A stretch of 64,000 nt of DNA, from positions 75,950,001-76,014,000 of the forward strand of contig NC_082708.1 of NCBI RefSeq assembly GCF_030144855.1. Reading direction: 5' to 3'. Positions 24,421 to 37,216 of this stretch are shown here, piece by piece; the first letter of the stretch is position 1, and each line of letters starts with the position of its first letter. The notes beneath the pieces were generated by a model, which was not told where the DNA came from, did not search any database, and saw only the letters and a program-made list of their open reading frames with translations. The position numbers and the translations under genes were made by a program. This DNA comes from Hypanus sabinus (taxonomy: Eukaryota).

Positions 24421-26274
24421 AGCACCTGAAATGTTGTGGTCAACTGGCAAACCACAAGCTCAGATTGAAGTAAATTGGAATAGAACAGTAGGTGTCACAC
24501 TGGCAGTTTGCTTTGAAATAAACATCTAGAGGTAAAAGGACAGAGGATGATTCCAAAGGATTTGAAATTTAAAAGATAAAAGCAAGGGTTGGTTGTATCA
24601 GGTGAACTTGGCAAAAGTGGTCATTGCTGGTTAAACAAATAGGCAAGGATATGAAAGCGGTAGAACAAGATTGCACCATTAAACTCAGCAGTTCCCCAGT
24701 CCTGCCAGGGTCTCAGCCCGAGTCCGCTGTACTTCTTGCCTGGCCTGCCGTGTTCTTCCAGCATTTTGTGTGTGTTACTTGGATTTCCAGCATCTGCAGA
24801 TTTTCTCTTGTTTGTGATTGGAGTTTCCCTTAATATCCGTATTTTAATCTAGGCACCATCTCTATTTTATTCATTTCAGGATAAGAATTCATTAGTTTGA
24901 CCTTTTATTCTATATTGAAGAAGGGTGAACAACAAATCATTGTAAGAGAACATTCAGTGCCTCTTCCTCGGTGCTTTTTTCTCCTAATGTACCCAATGTA
25001 GTTCAGGGAAAACGAATATCTGTTCTCACAGATATCTCTTTGTAAACCATCTCCTAAAGTAGATATTAAAAAAATTTCATCTGAATTACCGTTTTGCCCG
25101 TCTCGAATGAATCCCCGTGCCGTCTTGTGCCCGCGTGTGGTCCCAGGGGTGGGTGTGTGTGTGCTGTGTTGGGGGGGGGGGGGGTGGAGGATGTAGGGGT
25201 GGTTTCAGCTTCAGCTAAATGAATGTTAGGCCAAATCTCGCTTCCAAATTTGTTTTCTTCTCCTGCAAAGTTTGGCTATCCTGCTGGGCATCAGAAGTAA
25301 ACGCAAATGTTAAAGCAAGCCTAACGCGACCCGATTAGGGGTAACTGTTAGGACGAACGGTGGCCTGTGTAACACCACGTTTTCAGTTATGAGTTGAGGA
25401 TTTTGACTACTTGGTGGGGAACGTCACAAACGGTTCTTTATGGTTTGGTTAATAATTCTTTTCAACCGATTCGGGACGAATGGATAACTTCAGCTATGAA
25501 ACGATGACAAGTACCCTTCCCCCAACCTCAAGTATTGTGGCCTCAAACCTTCAGCAAAGCAATAACGCTGGGCTACATTTTTTTTTGAAAACAGCAGAAC
25601 ATTCAACATTTTTATGCAACCAAATGTATTGAATTTGTTTTAGCCTTACCAGGACGCTTTTATTGTAAGAGTTACCATTTTAAGTACAATTAATTGACTT
25701 TGCTTCAACGCAATCCGCATGGCTCTGTATACAGTCGACGCGCCAAACGAGACATCGGGGGAAAGGAAACACGACTCAAGCCGCGATCCGGTCGAGGTGT
25801 CACTGATTTTCTGACAGCCATCCCGGCACACATAAACCATTTCAGGCGAAGCTTTGTGATTAGACCATGGTTAGAAATTAAATTTTGAATTACGGTATCG
25901 GACGGACAAATCTTTTGAGAGAAAATCCAGCGTATCTCTTTTTATATTTCCCTTTTCAGTCTGTTAAGTGATGTGCATCTACCGGAGACCTGTAACAACC
26001 TGTGGCAGATTCTGTAAAGGATCCACACTCTTTTCTTATCAAATGGCTGGGCGTTTTCTGCCGTGTAGTGCGTTGTATAACAATAATAGCATGGATTACA
26101 GTTCTGAAAACGCGAAGGGAAGCAGACGCAGAAGTTACACTGATCTTTCCGAGTGCGGTAGATGCGGCCGGATCCCCAGATCACCACGGGAGGCGGAGAA
26201 AACCAGGATGGCGATGCACAAAGTTATGGGGGGTGGTGGTGTGGAAGACTACCCACCCAAAACCCACCGGGCTG

Positions 26275-26342
26275 GGCTCCGCCCCTGCGACATCAGCGAT
26301 CACGTGGGCAATCAAAGTTGCGTGCGGGCTGCCACCAGTCGC
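26275..26342 (+). promoter_or_regulatory. YAP1: Candidate YAP1 core promoter (GC box, E-box, TCF/LEF motif, Inr-like)
   Basis: GGCTCCGCCCC 26275-26285, CACGTG 26301-26306, ATCAAAG 26311-26317 and CCAGTC at ~26335, 160-220 nt upstream of the ATG. Confidence 0.5.
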
Positions 26343-26438
26343 AAACTTTTAGTTTCAAAAAGTTTTCTGTGAAAGTAATTGCGGTCGTGGTTCGACGGTA
26401 GGGTCGATGTCAAGTTGAAAACTTTCGGCGTGACTTAG

Positions 26439-27008
<570 letters not shown>

Positions 27009-30000
27009 TAAGTGCTAAACAGATGGATCCTCCTGCCCAGACATAACGAGTAGTTTAGTTTTATTTCGTATTTTGCCTAATTTACAAGCTCCGCATAAAT
27101 GGCTCTGTGGATAGCGTTTCTCAACAGACCACCAGATCGGGTTACACAATTGGGAGGATTTCCTGGCTTTCAAGGGATATACTGCGAGTTCTGTAATGCA
27201 GGTTTAGACAGACTTTCCAAAGAATCTGATTCTCGATCTATTTGCTTTGGGGGTTGTGTTTAAGTGAAGTTAGTGCTTCAGTACAGTATGTAACGGCGGG
27301 AGGGAAAGGAAGCAACGGCATTAAAGGACAGTGGGTGGTAGTGATTTGTTAAAGGGTAAAGGAAATTTATTAGCTATGTACAATAGATTTTATGGTCAGC
27401 GATGGATTAAGTTGATTTTATATAATGGATTAGTTCGATTACGAACCGAGTTTAGAAAGAAACTTTGGAGAATGGCCATAATTGCCAGGAAAAATAACTT
27501 CAACAAAATTTTTGTTTTAGATTTACAGCATCTGCGTTTTTTTTAAATTTGCAATGTGCAAAGTTCACGCAGGCGTCCTACAGTTCTTGTATTCCATGGT
27601 AGATGTGGGCAGTCCTCGACAAAGCGAAACCCGTCTCAAAATGGCTCGATTCTGGCCATCCGGTTTTGTGTCAGAATCGTTTAATTTGTCTGACTGCTGG
27701 AAGTACCCGATTTAAATATTTGACGGTCTGAATCGTTGCAACAATCGGAAAAGATTCAATAGACCAACTTTTCACATTCGACGCCTATCGAACTCCTGTT
27801 CCAACCGGGGCCTCTTGGTGACGCACCTTATTCCCAAGTGACTCAGAAACGGTTCAAATCCTTGAGTTAGGCTAATAAGCGCCGATATATCATTCACACC
27901 AAATCTTGTAAACGTCACCAACCTTCATTGTACATGCCTGGTTTAGAAAACGAATTGGGTAAGAGGCTTGTCAGTTTTCCGATGAGAATAGGACTTAGGA
28001 TTCTTTTTTGTTTAAAAAAAAAGTACTAAGTAGTAAATACTGCACTTTAATGTAGTCTTGAAGTTCAAAACGGTTAAAACTTCCTGGGTTTTCGACAGTG
28101 GCTCCAGTTTGCTGAGAATTGGAGCCTGAGATCGACAGAAAGCTTCTCCCCCTCCCGCGTGGCCAGTCAGCGAGCCCTATCCATTTCAGAGTGTCGGGTT
28201 ACACCGGCAACAATAGCACTCTGTAGGAGGCTGAGCCTGCAGAAGTCCGCATGTCTGGCAGGAGTTATCTCTATGGGTCCAGCGTTTGTTCCTCTGCAGA
28301 CAGTTCGAGTCAATTATTGAAAGAGCGGCCTGCTGACAAGGATGTTTCTTTAAGCTGAAGAGTAACGTGGGAAGTGCGGACAAAACCTGCTTGTAAAGTT
28401 TATGAACTTTTTAACCTTCTCGCTTCACAGGAGGGGGAGGGGGACAAAGGGACCGGAGGAGTCGCCATGTCGCTCTCAATTTAAGCCTCGAATAATATTT
28501 CCATGTTAGATTCACGCCACAAGATTTAATTCCTGTTGTTATTGATCTGATCAACGGACCTTATTCTCTTGTTCGACAAATGTAAAGGTTTTTCACGAAC
28601 TATGCTGATTGAGAAAGTATGATGTACTTTCTCACTTGCGAAAGAGCGTAACTCGGTTGTTCTTGTTCGCTGACATCATCTTAAATCATAAACCTGCCCA
28701 GTCAAGTTTTGAGATCCATTTAATGGAAACGATTATAATCGATTATCATAAACCGTACTTTATCCGTCTGAGTAAATAGGGTTGACTTGCTGCTTCACGT
28801 CTCACTACAAAATCAAAGCAGCTAGCAACTTTCTCAACATTACTTGATTTTGGATTCTCCTTTCATTTGAGAATGATGTTCACATTAAATTGTCATCTAC
28901 TTTGTTTATCTGCTCGTTCAGATCAGCGCGAAATTATCTTGTTTGACCTCCGGGGTGCGGTCCATTTGGAATTTGATATTTAAAATCTATGTCCTCGGTC
29001 AGTGAAGAGTTAGCCGGCACCCTATATGCATGTTGATTAGCTGTGCCGGGACGGAAGGTCCACACGTTCCTAATTATTCAGTCACCAAAACATGTTTGTA
29101 TTTCATCCCGTCTTTTTTTCTCCTGGGGTCTGGGTCAGTATCCATACGAAATTTGCCTGATCTTCCTAGTATCTGAACTCCTGTCTTTGTTATCCTGTTT
29201 GTTGACTTGACCAACTGAAGGGGCCATTTATTCACCGAATGCTCCTCTCGCTAGTCGATTGTCAACAGCCTCTTGCTCGGGAATAATTGGCCCCTTACTG
29301 AGGCAGACGGCGGTGTTAGACATGGGTTTGCCTCAGTCGGTGGTCACTGCTCTCCGGGTTCCACGTGAGGAGCTCCTGCTGGAATACGCGTCCAGCAGAA
29401 AGCCATCAAATATCGCCGTCTGCGTAACCATCCTCCCCATATCAAAATTATCGAATGGCATAGGAGTACACGTGGACATCTGAGAGACTCTTTTAGAAAG
29501 CTCAGTGATTATGGTAATATTAAATTACACCCATAAACGTTCTGACGGAGGACTAGGTAATATTGGTTATGATATCATAGGCTTGTTTTGTTTGCAGTGC
29601 TGGAAGTCAGGATTGAGTTTGGTATCTCACGTTTCAGAGTACTGGTGCAAGATATATCCAAAACTTGGTCCATGCTCAAAACTGTTTCTTGACTTTCATC
29701 AATCAAGCTCTATGGTAGCCTCAACAGTCCTGCTATGACATTTTCTTTAAGACAGATGGGACACCTGATCCCAACTGAGCAAATTAATTTGAAACAAGAT
29801 TGGATAGTACAGTACTAGAATGGAATGAACACGAATAACCTAATTGCCTTTAGCCAATGATTGTCAATGGATTGTTTGTCTTTACTGGTAAAGGTGGACC
29901 AGATATTCAGGGCCTCTGGTCAGCAGAGGAAAGAACAGATCCAGCACAAGGTTAGCATTTGGGGGGGGGGGTAAACTTTGTAATGTGGCCATCTTTGGAC

Positions 30001-30382
30001 TTTGGAAGCACTCAAAGCTTCCTGAAGAAGACATATCTATACTTGCTTAAAAAACCGAGGTACTACTGTTTGGAAAATTTAGGTTTTTGCCCTGTTCAGG
30101 AGTCAACATATCTGTGAAGAAAAGCTTAATTCGCCTTTGGTTTAATGGGTAAAAGGGTAGATTAGAGAATTCCATGTTTGAGGAGTGTACAGTATTTGTA
30201 TGGGAATTTGTTTCGTGATGTAGTTCCACAGATACTGATTTCATAGTTCATTTAGCGAACTGATCTCTTGTCATTATTCATGTGATGCCTGATAGTGGCA
30301 TTGCTCATGCAAAACCCTGGACCTGGACCTCTGGCCTGTTCCCACCTGAAGTCAGTCATAGTGACTAAAAGCAAGGGCTGAA

Positions 30383-30974
30383 TTCTGTGGCCATTTCTCG
30401 TTTCCAATGCTGTCGCTGTTTCTCCGTTGCATACAGGAATCAGCAAAACGTGATGCTTCTGTGGCCATTTCTCGTTTCCAATGCTGTCGCTGTTTCTCCG
30501 TTGCATACAGGAATCAGCAAAACGTGATGCTTCTGTGGCCATTTCTCGTTTCCAATGCTGTCGCTGTTTCTCCGTTGCATACAGGAATCAGCAAAACGTG
30601 ATGCTTCTGTGGCCATTTCTCGTTTCCAATGCTGTCGCTGTTTCTCCGTTGCATACAGGAATCAGCAAAACGTGATGCTTCTGTGGCCATTTCTCGTTTC
30701 CAATGCTGTCGCTGTTTCTCCGTTGCATACAGGAATCAGCAAAACGTGATGCTTCTGTGGCCATTTCTCGTTTCCAATGCTGTCGCTGTTTCTCCGTTGC
30801 ATACAGGAATCAGCAAAACGTGATGCTTCTGTGGCCATTTCTCGTTTCCAATGCTGTCGCTGTTTCTCCGTTGCATACAGGAATCAGCAAAACGTGATGC
30901 TTCTGTGGCCATTTCTCGTTTCCAATGCTGTCGCTGTTTCTCCGTTGCATACAGGAATCAGCAAAACGTGATGC
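30383..30974. repeat. Minisatellite, 74 bp x 8 identical copies
   Basis: Unit TTCTGTGGCCATTTCTCGTTTCCAATGCTGTCGCTGTTTCTCCGTTGCATACAGGAATCAGCAAAACGTGATGC; 8 x 74 = 592 bp; ORF starts recur every 74 nt. Confidence 0.98.
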
Positions 30975-32904
30975 ATATGATACCATGAATGATACTAGCT
31001 AACTCAGTAGAAACTGATATTGAATTCAATAGTAATTCGATATATCTTTTTAAATAAAGGAGAAAAATTACCCTTAAAATAAAAGGCACTTGCACCATCT
31101 CATTGATTAAAGTAATTTATTCTGATTTTTATCTGGCTATTGGTGGTGTAAGTTGTAAGCTTGGCTGCTGAAATGGTTTTTAATGATGTTGTTTCCACTC
31201 AATCTGTTTTCATTTTAGTTAGTGTGCAAACACATATACTTCAAACTGTATTAGTAGCTAAACATTGCACAGTAGACAAATCTTCCTGGCATGACTGAGG
31301 TTTTAGCTCTAGCAGTAGTAAATAAAGTGCTTCCAATGTGTATTTTGTAATTGTACACATTTAATTTAAGGGGTCACATTGATGTACCCAACACATTCTT
31401 AACTCGTTAACTCTCAGTTACAATCTTGGAACATTGCACTGAGTAGAAACTTGGCACAAAAGTTACTGTTTAACAAGGTCTATCTGGTCTGAACTTCTGC
31501 TTCCTGTGCGGTATTTTTTTAAGAAGTAGACATCCTGTCTCAGCCATGGTAAATTTGTTTTAATGGTCATTAAACAGTGAGTCACTTGAGCTCAGCAGTG
31601 GTACTGGAGTCCTCAGCACATGTAAGTCTCTTTCTCATCTTCCGATGTGTTCAAAAATAAATGACTGTGAAACTATTCTTTGGACACTTGGAGAAAGGTG
31701 GGTTCATTATCAGAACAGTATTTGGTCAAATGACCTTTAGCTTAATACTGTATATTATGTCATTACACGGTAACTAGCTCCTATTACCTTGTGGTATAAT
31801 CCTATTGGTATAACATATAAATTATTCAATTGTTCATACAGGAGTTTGATTCACGTGAACCCTCCTCTTCTGCTACATCTATCCCCGTTAATCTCATTAC
31901 ATCTTCTTTTGTCACTTATATGCTTGTACCTTTTTTTTTAAAATGCAAGTTCTTGTGATAATGAGTTCCAAAATCTAACCACTCTGGTTAGATGTCATGA
32001 CAATTCCCTAGTAGAGGTTCAATTGGTAGCTCCCATCATGTATTTTGTTGAGTTCTGGCAAGAGCATCTCTGCATCTATTCCAATCAAGACTTCTTTCTT
32101 CTTAAAAGTCTGTTATTGGCTCCCTCCCCCGTGTCCTTTCCAGGGCAGCAAATCAGGCATTTTCTGAGGCGAGACAAACCTTTTGGATTAATGATCTTTT
32201 ACTGGAACTGAACAAGTGAGAGCACAAGCATTAGGTGAAGACCAAGATGAGGAATCAGAAATGCAGTTAGTGCTCTCAACCAGTCTGTCTAGAAGAGTGT
32301 AAAAAGCGGAAGGAGAGTGAGGGCTGTACAGAGAGAAGAAATAATGCTTGAGTCGTGAAATGCATAATATAGCATTTTCTGTAAATTTAAAATAAAACAA
32401 TATTAGAAATACTTACATAACTGCTTATTTAATATCAGGCAAGAGAATTGCCTCAGTTGATGATGCACGTGAATGACCACGGGCCAGAAGTGGTCAGTTT
32501 TGACGCAAACCAGGAAATTGGTTTTTTGAACTTGAGTTGAGAACGACAATGGCCTTAGACGAGGTGCTGATTTCTAATCTCTGCCACCAACATTGTCCGT
32601 AGAAAGCCCAACTGAAAGCTAGAACGCGAGGGGGATTTAGTTAAGTGGTGTGTTCTTGGAAGCTTAGATTTGCTCTTGTGGACTGAACAGGGCTATTGTG
32701 CAGTCCTGTTTATTTCAGTCAGTCAGTTCATCCTTGTACCCCTTTACTACACTTCCACAATACTTCTACTCTTTCTGAAGAAATGTGTTGATATTTGGGG
32801 GATAATCAAGTGCTTAATTGCACGTGACTTTATAATTTGATTTAGCATCCTGCAAAATTCATCCATTTTCAGCTTAATAGAAGATCATCCAAAAAAGGTA
32901 ATTA

Positions 32905-33740
32905 AGAGAAGATCTGTAGATGCTGGAAGTCCAAGTAACACACACAAAATGCCGGGGAACTCAGCAGGCCAGACAGCATTTATGGAAAAAGTATAGTTGA
33001 CGTTTTGGGCCAAAACCCTTCAGCAGGACTGGAGAAAAAAAGCTGAGGAGTAGATTTAAAAGGTGGGGGTGGTGGGTTAGAGAAAGAGAAACACAAAGTG
33101 ATAGGTGAAACCCGAAATAAAGGGAAATGAAATAAAGAGCTGGGAAGTTGGTGAAAGAAAGAAGGCCATGGAAGAAAGAAAAGTGGGGGAGGAGCACCAG
33201 GGGGAGATGATGAGTGGGCAAGGAGTAAGGTGAGAGAAGGTAATGGGGAGTGGTGAAGCGGGGCTTGGGGGGCATTACTGGGAGTTCGAGAAATTGCTGT
33301 TCATGCCATCAGGTTGGAGGCTACTCTGTTGGAATACAAGGTGTTGTTCCTCTAACCCAGGGGTGTCAAACTCATTTTAGGTCACGGGCCGGATTGGGCA
33401 AAATGCAGCTTCATGCGGGCCGGATCAGTCGGACGCGTGCGAACGCAGCTTTCATTGCCTCCGTTTTTTCAGCCTGTTCTCATGTGTCTCAGTCTCTGCT
33501 ATAACTACAAAGTGTTTCACTTCACAAATTCCGTTTCTTATGAAGAAGACTGCTGAGAAAGCATTATTTTTATGATTGGTATTAACTTACAATCATAGGC
33601 TTCATATCGCCGGGCCATTAATAATTAAAATAATAGATCTATCTAAAATGATCTTGCGGGCCGGATATAATTGTACGCCGGGCCGGATATGGCCCAAGGG
33701 CCTTGAATTTGACACCTATGCTTTAATCTAAGTGTGGCCA
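32905..33740 (-). mobile_element. Penelope-like 3' fragment, interrupted by a hAT MITE
   Basis: Terminal TCTGTAGATGCTGGAAGTCCAAGTAACACACACAAAATGC and TCATGCCATCAGGTTGGAGGCTAC are shared with other PLE copies in the window. Confidence 0.75.
33358..33720. mobile_element. hAT (Charlie-type) MITE
   Basis: TIR CAGGGGTGTCAAAC...TTTGACACCTATG; subterminal GGGCCGGAT repeats; degenerate 8-bp TSD CTCTAACC/CTTTAATC. Confidence 0.85.
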
Positions 33741-34175
33741 AGTGTAATGAGAAATAGCAAGTTCAGAATTAGGCCTGTATTGCAGGAAGTGACCTTTTTC
33801 CTCATCTAACTTTTTCTTTTTATCTTTCTACTTTTCTGCTGGTCATATTACTAGGCATGAAGGCTTACTTTTGGAGGCACTGAATATCAAATTACTACAT
33901 TTTCTTTCAGTATATGTGTGTTTAGTATGGACATGTACTGTACATTTGAAATCTGAAATGGATTCTTCCAATCCATTTTTAATTCATTTAAAGGAGGTAT
34001 CAGTAATTAGGTAGAATGGATTTAAATTGAGAATGGAGGATTAAAGGGAAGATTAGCTTATTTTCTACCAAAGACCAGAATTCTGGAATGTTCTGCCCAG
34101 AAAAACATGCAGGAGTAGAAACTGTTCTTTCCTTTTAGGAAGGAGCTTCGATAGGCAGTGTTATTAATTAATTTA

Positions 34176-34356
34176 TGGTGGTGTGGTGGCATTGGCACTG
34201 GACTTCAAGGCAGATGGTCCTGAGTTCAAACCCAGCTGGGTCCCAGCCTGGGCAGCAGCAGTATCTGCGAGGAAGATCTACTTCCGTATCTTGCCATGAA
34301 AACCCTTTGGTCCATGAGGTCAAGAAGAGTCAGGCTCGACTAAACGCCTGAACAAC
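34176..34356 (+). mobile_element. tRNA-derived SINE with an RTE/BovB-like 3' tail
   Basis: A-box-like TGGTGTGGTGG, B-box GAGTTCAAACC; tail CCATGAGGTCAAGAAGAGTCAGGCTCGACTAAACGCCTGAACAAC. Confidence 0.7.
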
Positions 34357-34359
34357 TAA

Positions 34360-34620
34360 ATTTAGATACAGCGTGGAATAGGCCCTTTGAGCTGCACTGT
34401 ATAACAGCCCCCATGACCCTCATTTATCCCTAACCTAATCATGGGATAACTTGCCATAACCAGTTAACTTACCCGGTACTACTTTGGACTGGAGGACCTG
34501 GGCAATACCCGCCCACTCCACATGGGAGGATGTACAGAAACTCCTTACAAAAGACGCCGGATTGAACTCAGAACACCAACCATGATTGTGTGGAGCTAAC
34601 CCCTATGTGACTGTAGTGCC
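34360..34620 (-). mobile_element. V-SINE (HE1-like), same family as 245-520
   Basis: Colinear with 260-520 (CCCTTTGAG, TAACCTAATCATGGGA, TTGGACTG, GGAGGATGTACAGAAACTCCTTAC). Confidence 0.7.
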
Positions 34621-35251
34621 TGTATCCTCCATGTTTTGGGGCTTAAAGTTGGGAAATTGGATTTTTCATAGATACTGTAACTGTGGTTGGTGGATTCACC
34701 TCCTGTAATTCAAATGTCAATAGTTCTAAACTCCTGTTGTCCTTGTTTTAGCAACCTGTAATCAGGAAAGCTTGTTTTTGTTTCATTTGTTTGCCATAGC
34801 TGATTATGACAAAGTAGTGTTTTGCTCCACTAAGGAAAATCACCAGTGCATTCTTCACACAGTAGTAATGCAGGTCCTCTCCGGCTTACTTATAGGCCAT
34901 CAAACAAGCACTTGTGAATCAGCAATACGACTTGGCAGTAGCTCCAGTCATGTGGGGAGGACCAGTAATGGAAAACTTGAGAAGAATCTCTGTGGTGATG
35001 ATAAAGTAGATGGACTTAAATAGGAAGTTTTACCAGTGTGCGTTTCAATGATGCTGTAAAAACAAATATTGAAGGATCTTTGCATAATTGTATTATCTTG
35101 ACAAAAATGTACCTGTAGTTAACAATGGATTAATCTGTTCCCTATAGTGAGACCCTTACATCTGTGATGCTGTGCTAGTTGAGGAAAAGAAATGGTGTCC
35201 GGTCTACTGCCGTGCAGCACCACAGTCTTATCCAGGATCTGAGGGCTACTG

Positions 35252-36024
35252 CCTCTGCATTCTGTTTAGGCAGACATCCAGACCTTGGCAAACCTCTGGG
35301 CAGAATCTTTTCCTTGCCTCCATTCCAATTGCTTTAGCAATTATTTTAAATACATTCCCTTAGCTTTAACCTTGGACCTGCAGGTCTGATATTCCTATGT
35401 TTTCTGTTAAGGTCCTTCACAAGTTTAAACATTGATAGAAAAGAATAATATTCTTCAGGTTGGACATTATTTTAATGAAATTTGCAACTCTTTGATTTTC
35501 TGCAGCTTACTAAATTAATATTCTTTTCCTCAATTGAGTTGCTCACATTGTTATCCAGCCCCACTTGATTTTCTGTTCGTGGGATTCATACTGCATTCTC
35601 GCAGATCGGAGTTTAAATAATGAGCTAAAAGATTTTTTTTGTCTGGAGGATTGTTTTTGTAAATGAAGGTGCATTGTTTCAAGGAATAACAATGACATTA
35701 ATTTCACTTTGGTTTATCAGAACATCACTCTGGCTCCTACTGATTATTTTTTCAGCTTAGCTTTCTGTACAAATTGTTTAATTTCTTGAAATAAGTTTCA
35801 TTATTTGTTTTGCACTTTTCAGCTCTGCTTCAACCCTTTCCCTTTGAAGCAGTTCTTTTAGATGGCCTGCATTTTCATCTTTTATAGCTGACTCAGGCAC
35901 ACAGTTCTAACTACACTTTTACTTCAGAAAGATGGGCTTGCAAACTTGTTGAGAGAAAGGAATAATTCAGCCAAGCTCCTCCGTATCTAGTGCATTTGAA
36001 TGAAATTTTGCATGAGTGGAGGTT
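35252..36024. repeat. Segment X, copy 2
   Basis: Homologous to 1703-2497 and abuts a CR1 3' end at 36032. Confidence 0.95.
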
Positions 36025-36031
36025 CAGTATC

Positions 36032-36970
36032 CATAAGACATAGGAGCAGAATTAGGCCATTCAGCCCATTGAGTCTGCTCCACCATTACATCATGGCAGA
36101 TCCTGAATCCCACTCAACCCCATACGCCTGCCTCCTCACCATATCCTTTGATGCCTTGACCACAGTCTGTGGCAGAGCATTCCACAGATTTTCTGACTAA
36201 AAGAATTCCTCCTTTTCTCTGTTCTAAAGAGTTGCCCCTCAGTTCTGAGGCTGTGCCCTCTAGTTCTGGTTACCTCTACCATAGGAAACATCCTATCACA
36301 TCCTATCTAGTCCTTTCAATTTTGAGTAGGTTTCAATGAGATCATACCCCACATTCTTCTCAATTCCAGTGAGTAAGGCCTAAAGTTGCCAAACGCTCCT
36401 CATGTTAACCCCTTCATTCCCAGAATCATCCTCGTGAACCTCCTCTGGACTCTCTCCAATGACAAAACATCCTTTCTGAAGTACAGGGCCCAGATCTGTT
36501 GACAGTACAATAAGTGCAGCCTGACTACTGTCTCCTTGCTTTTACATTCTACTCCCCCTGAAGTAAATGCCAACAATGCATTTGCCGCCTTTACCACAGA
36601 CTCAACCTGTCAGTTAACCTTCTGGGAGTCTTGCACGAGGACTCCCAAGTCCCTCTGCGTCTCTGATGTTTGAACCTTCTCCCTGTTTAGATAATAGTCT
36701 GCACTGTTGATCCTTTTACCAAAATGCATTTTCTTACGTTCCCCAACACTATTCCATCTGCCACACTGTTGCCCATTCTTCCAATTTGTCTGAAGTTCTG
36801 CTGCAAACGCATTGCTTTCTCAATGTTACCTACCCCTCCACCTATCTTTGTATCATCTGTAAACTTTGCTACAAAGCCATCAATTCCATCATCTAAATCA
36901 CTGACAAACAATGTGAAAAGCAGCGGTCCCAATACTGACACCTGAGGAACACCACTATTCACCAGCCGCC
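36032..36970 (-). mobile_element. CR1 LINE 3' part
   Basis: SGVPQVSVLGPLLFTLFVSDLDDGIDGFVAKFTDDTKIGG; LERVQRRFTRMI; terminus CATAAGACATAGGAGCAGAATTAGGCC. Confidence 0.92.
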
Positions 36971-37216
36971 TACCACTCAATGCCTCCTGCCTGTCAGCCT
37001 TTGCTTTATGCGTGCCAGTATCTTTTCTGTAACGCCACTTAAACATAGTTCTCACTGCCCAGGTGCTCTTACGAATCCCATAGGTGGTTTATATTTATGG
37101 AACCTAACTGCCATCTGAGCAAGTTGGCTTCAAGACAGTGAAAATTCTTTATCCTTCGATTATACTTTGTATTTATTGATTCCTGATGGTTGCTCCAGTA
37201 ATACTTCCATTAATGC

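Noticed and set aside
25171-25184. Poly-G/C runs here and at ~3013, 18120, 29960, 40626, 49413, 50646 and 58511 as G-quadruplex signals
   Set aside because: They are scattered without relation to gene features, and homopolymer lengths are unreliable in assemblies.
25968-26401. Overlapping 79-134 aa ORFs upstream of YAP1
   Set aside because: No recognisable motifs. They are expected in GC-rich promoter DNA and probably start upstream of the TSS.
30383-30974. CRISPR-like array, or repeated 64-aa ORFs
   Set aside because: The units are contiguous with no unique spacers, the context is eukaryotic, and the ORFs arise from the 74-nt periodicity.
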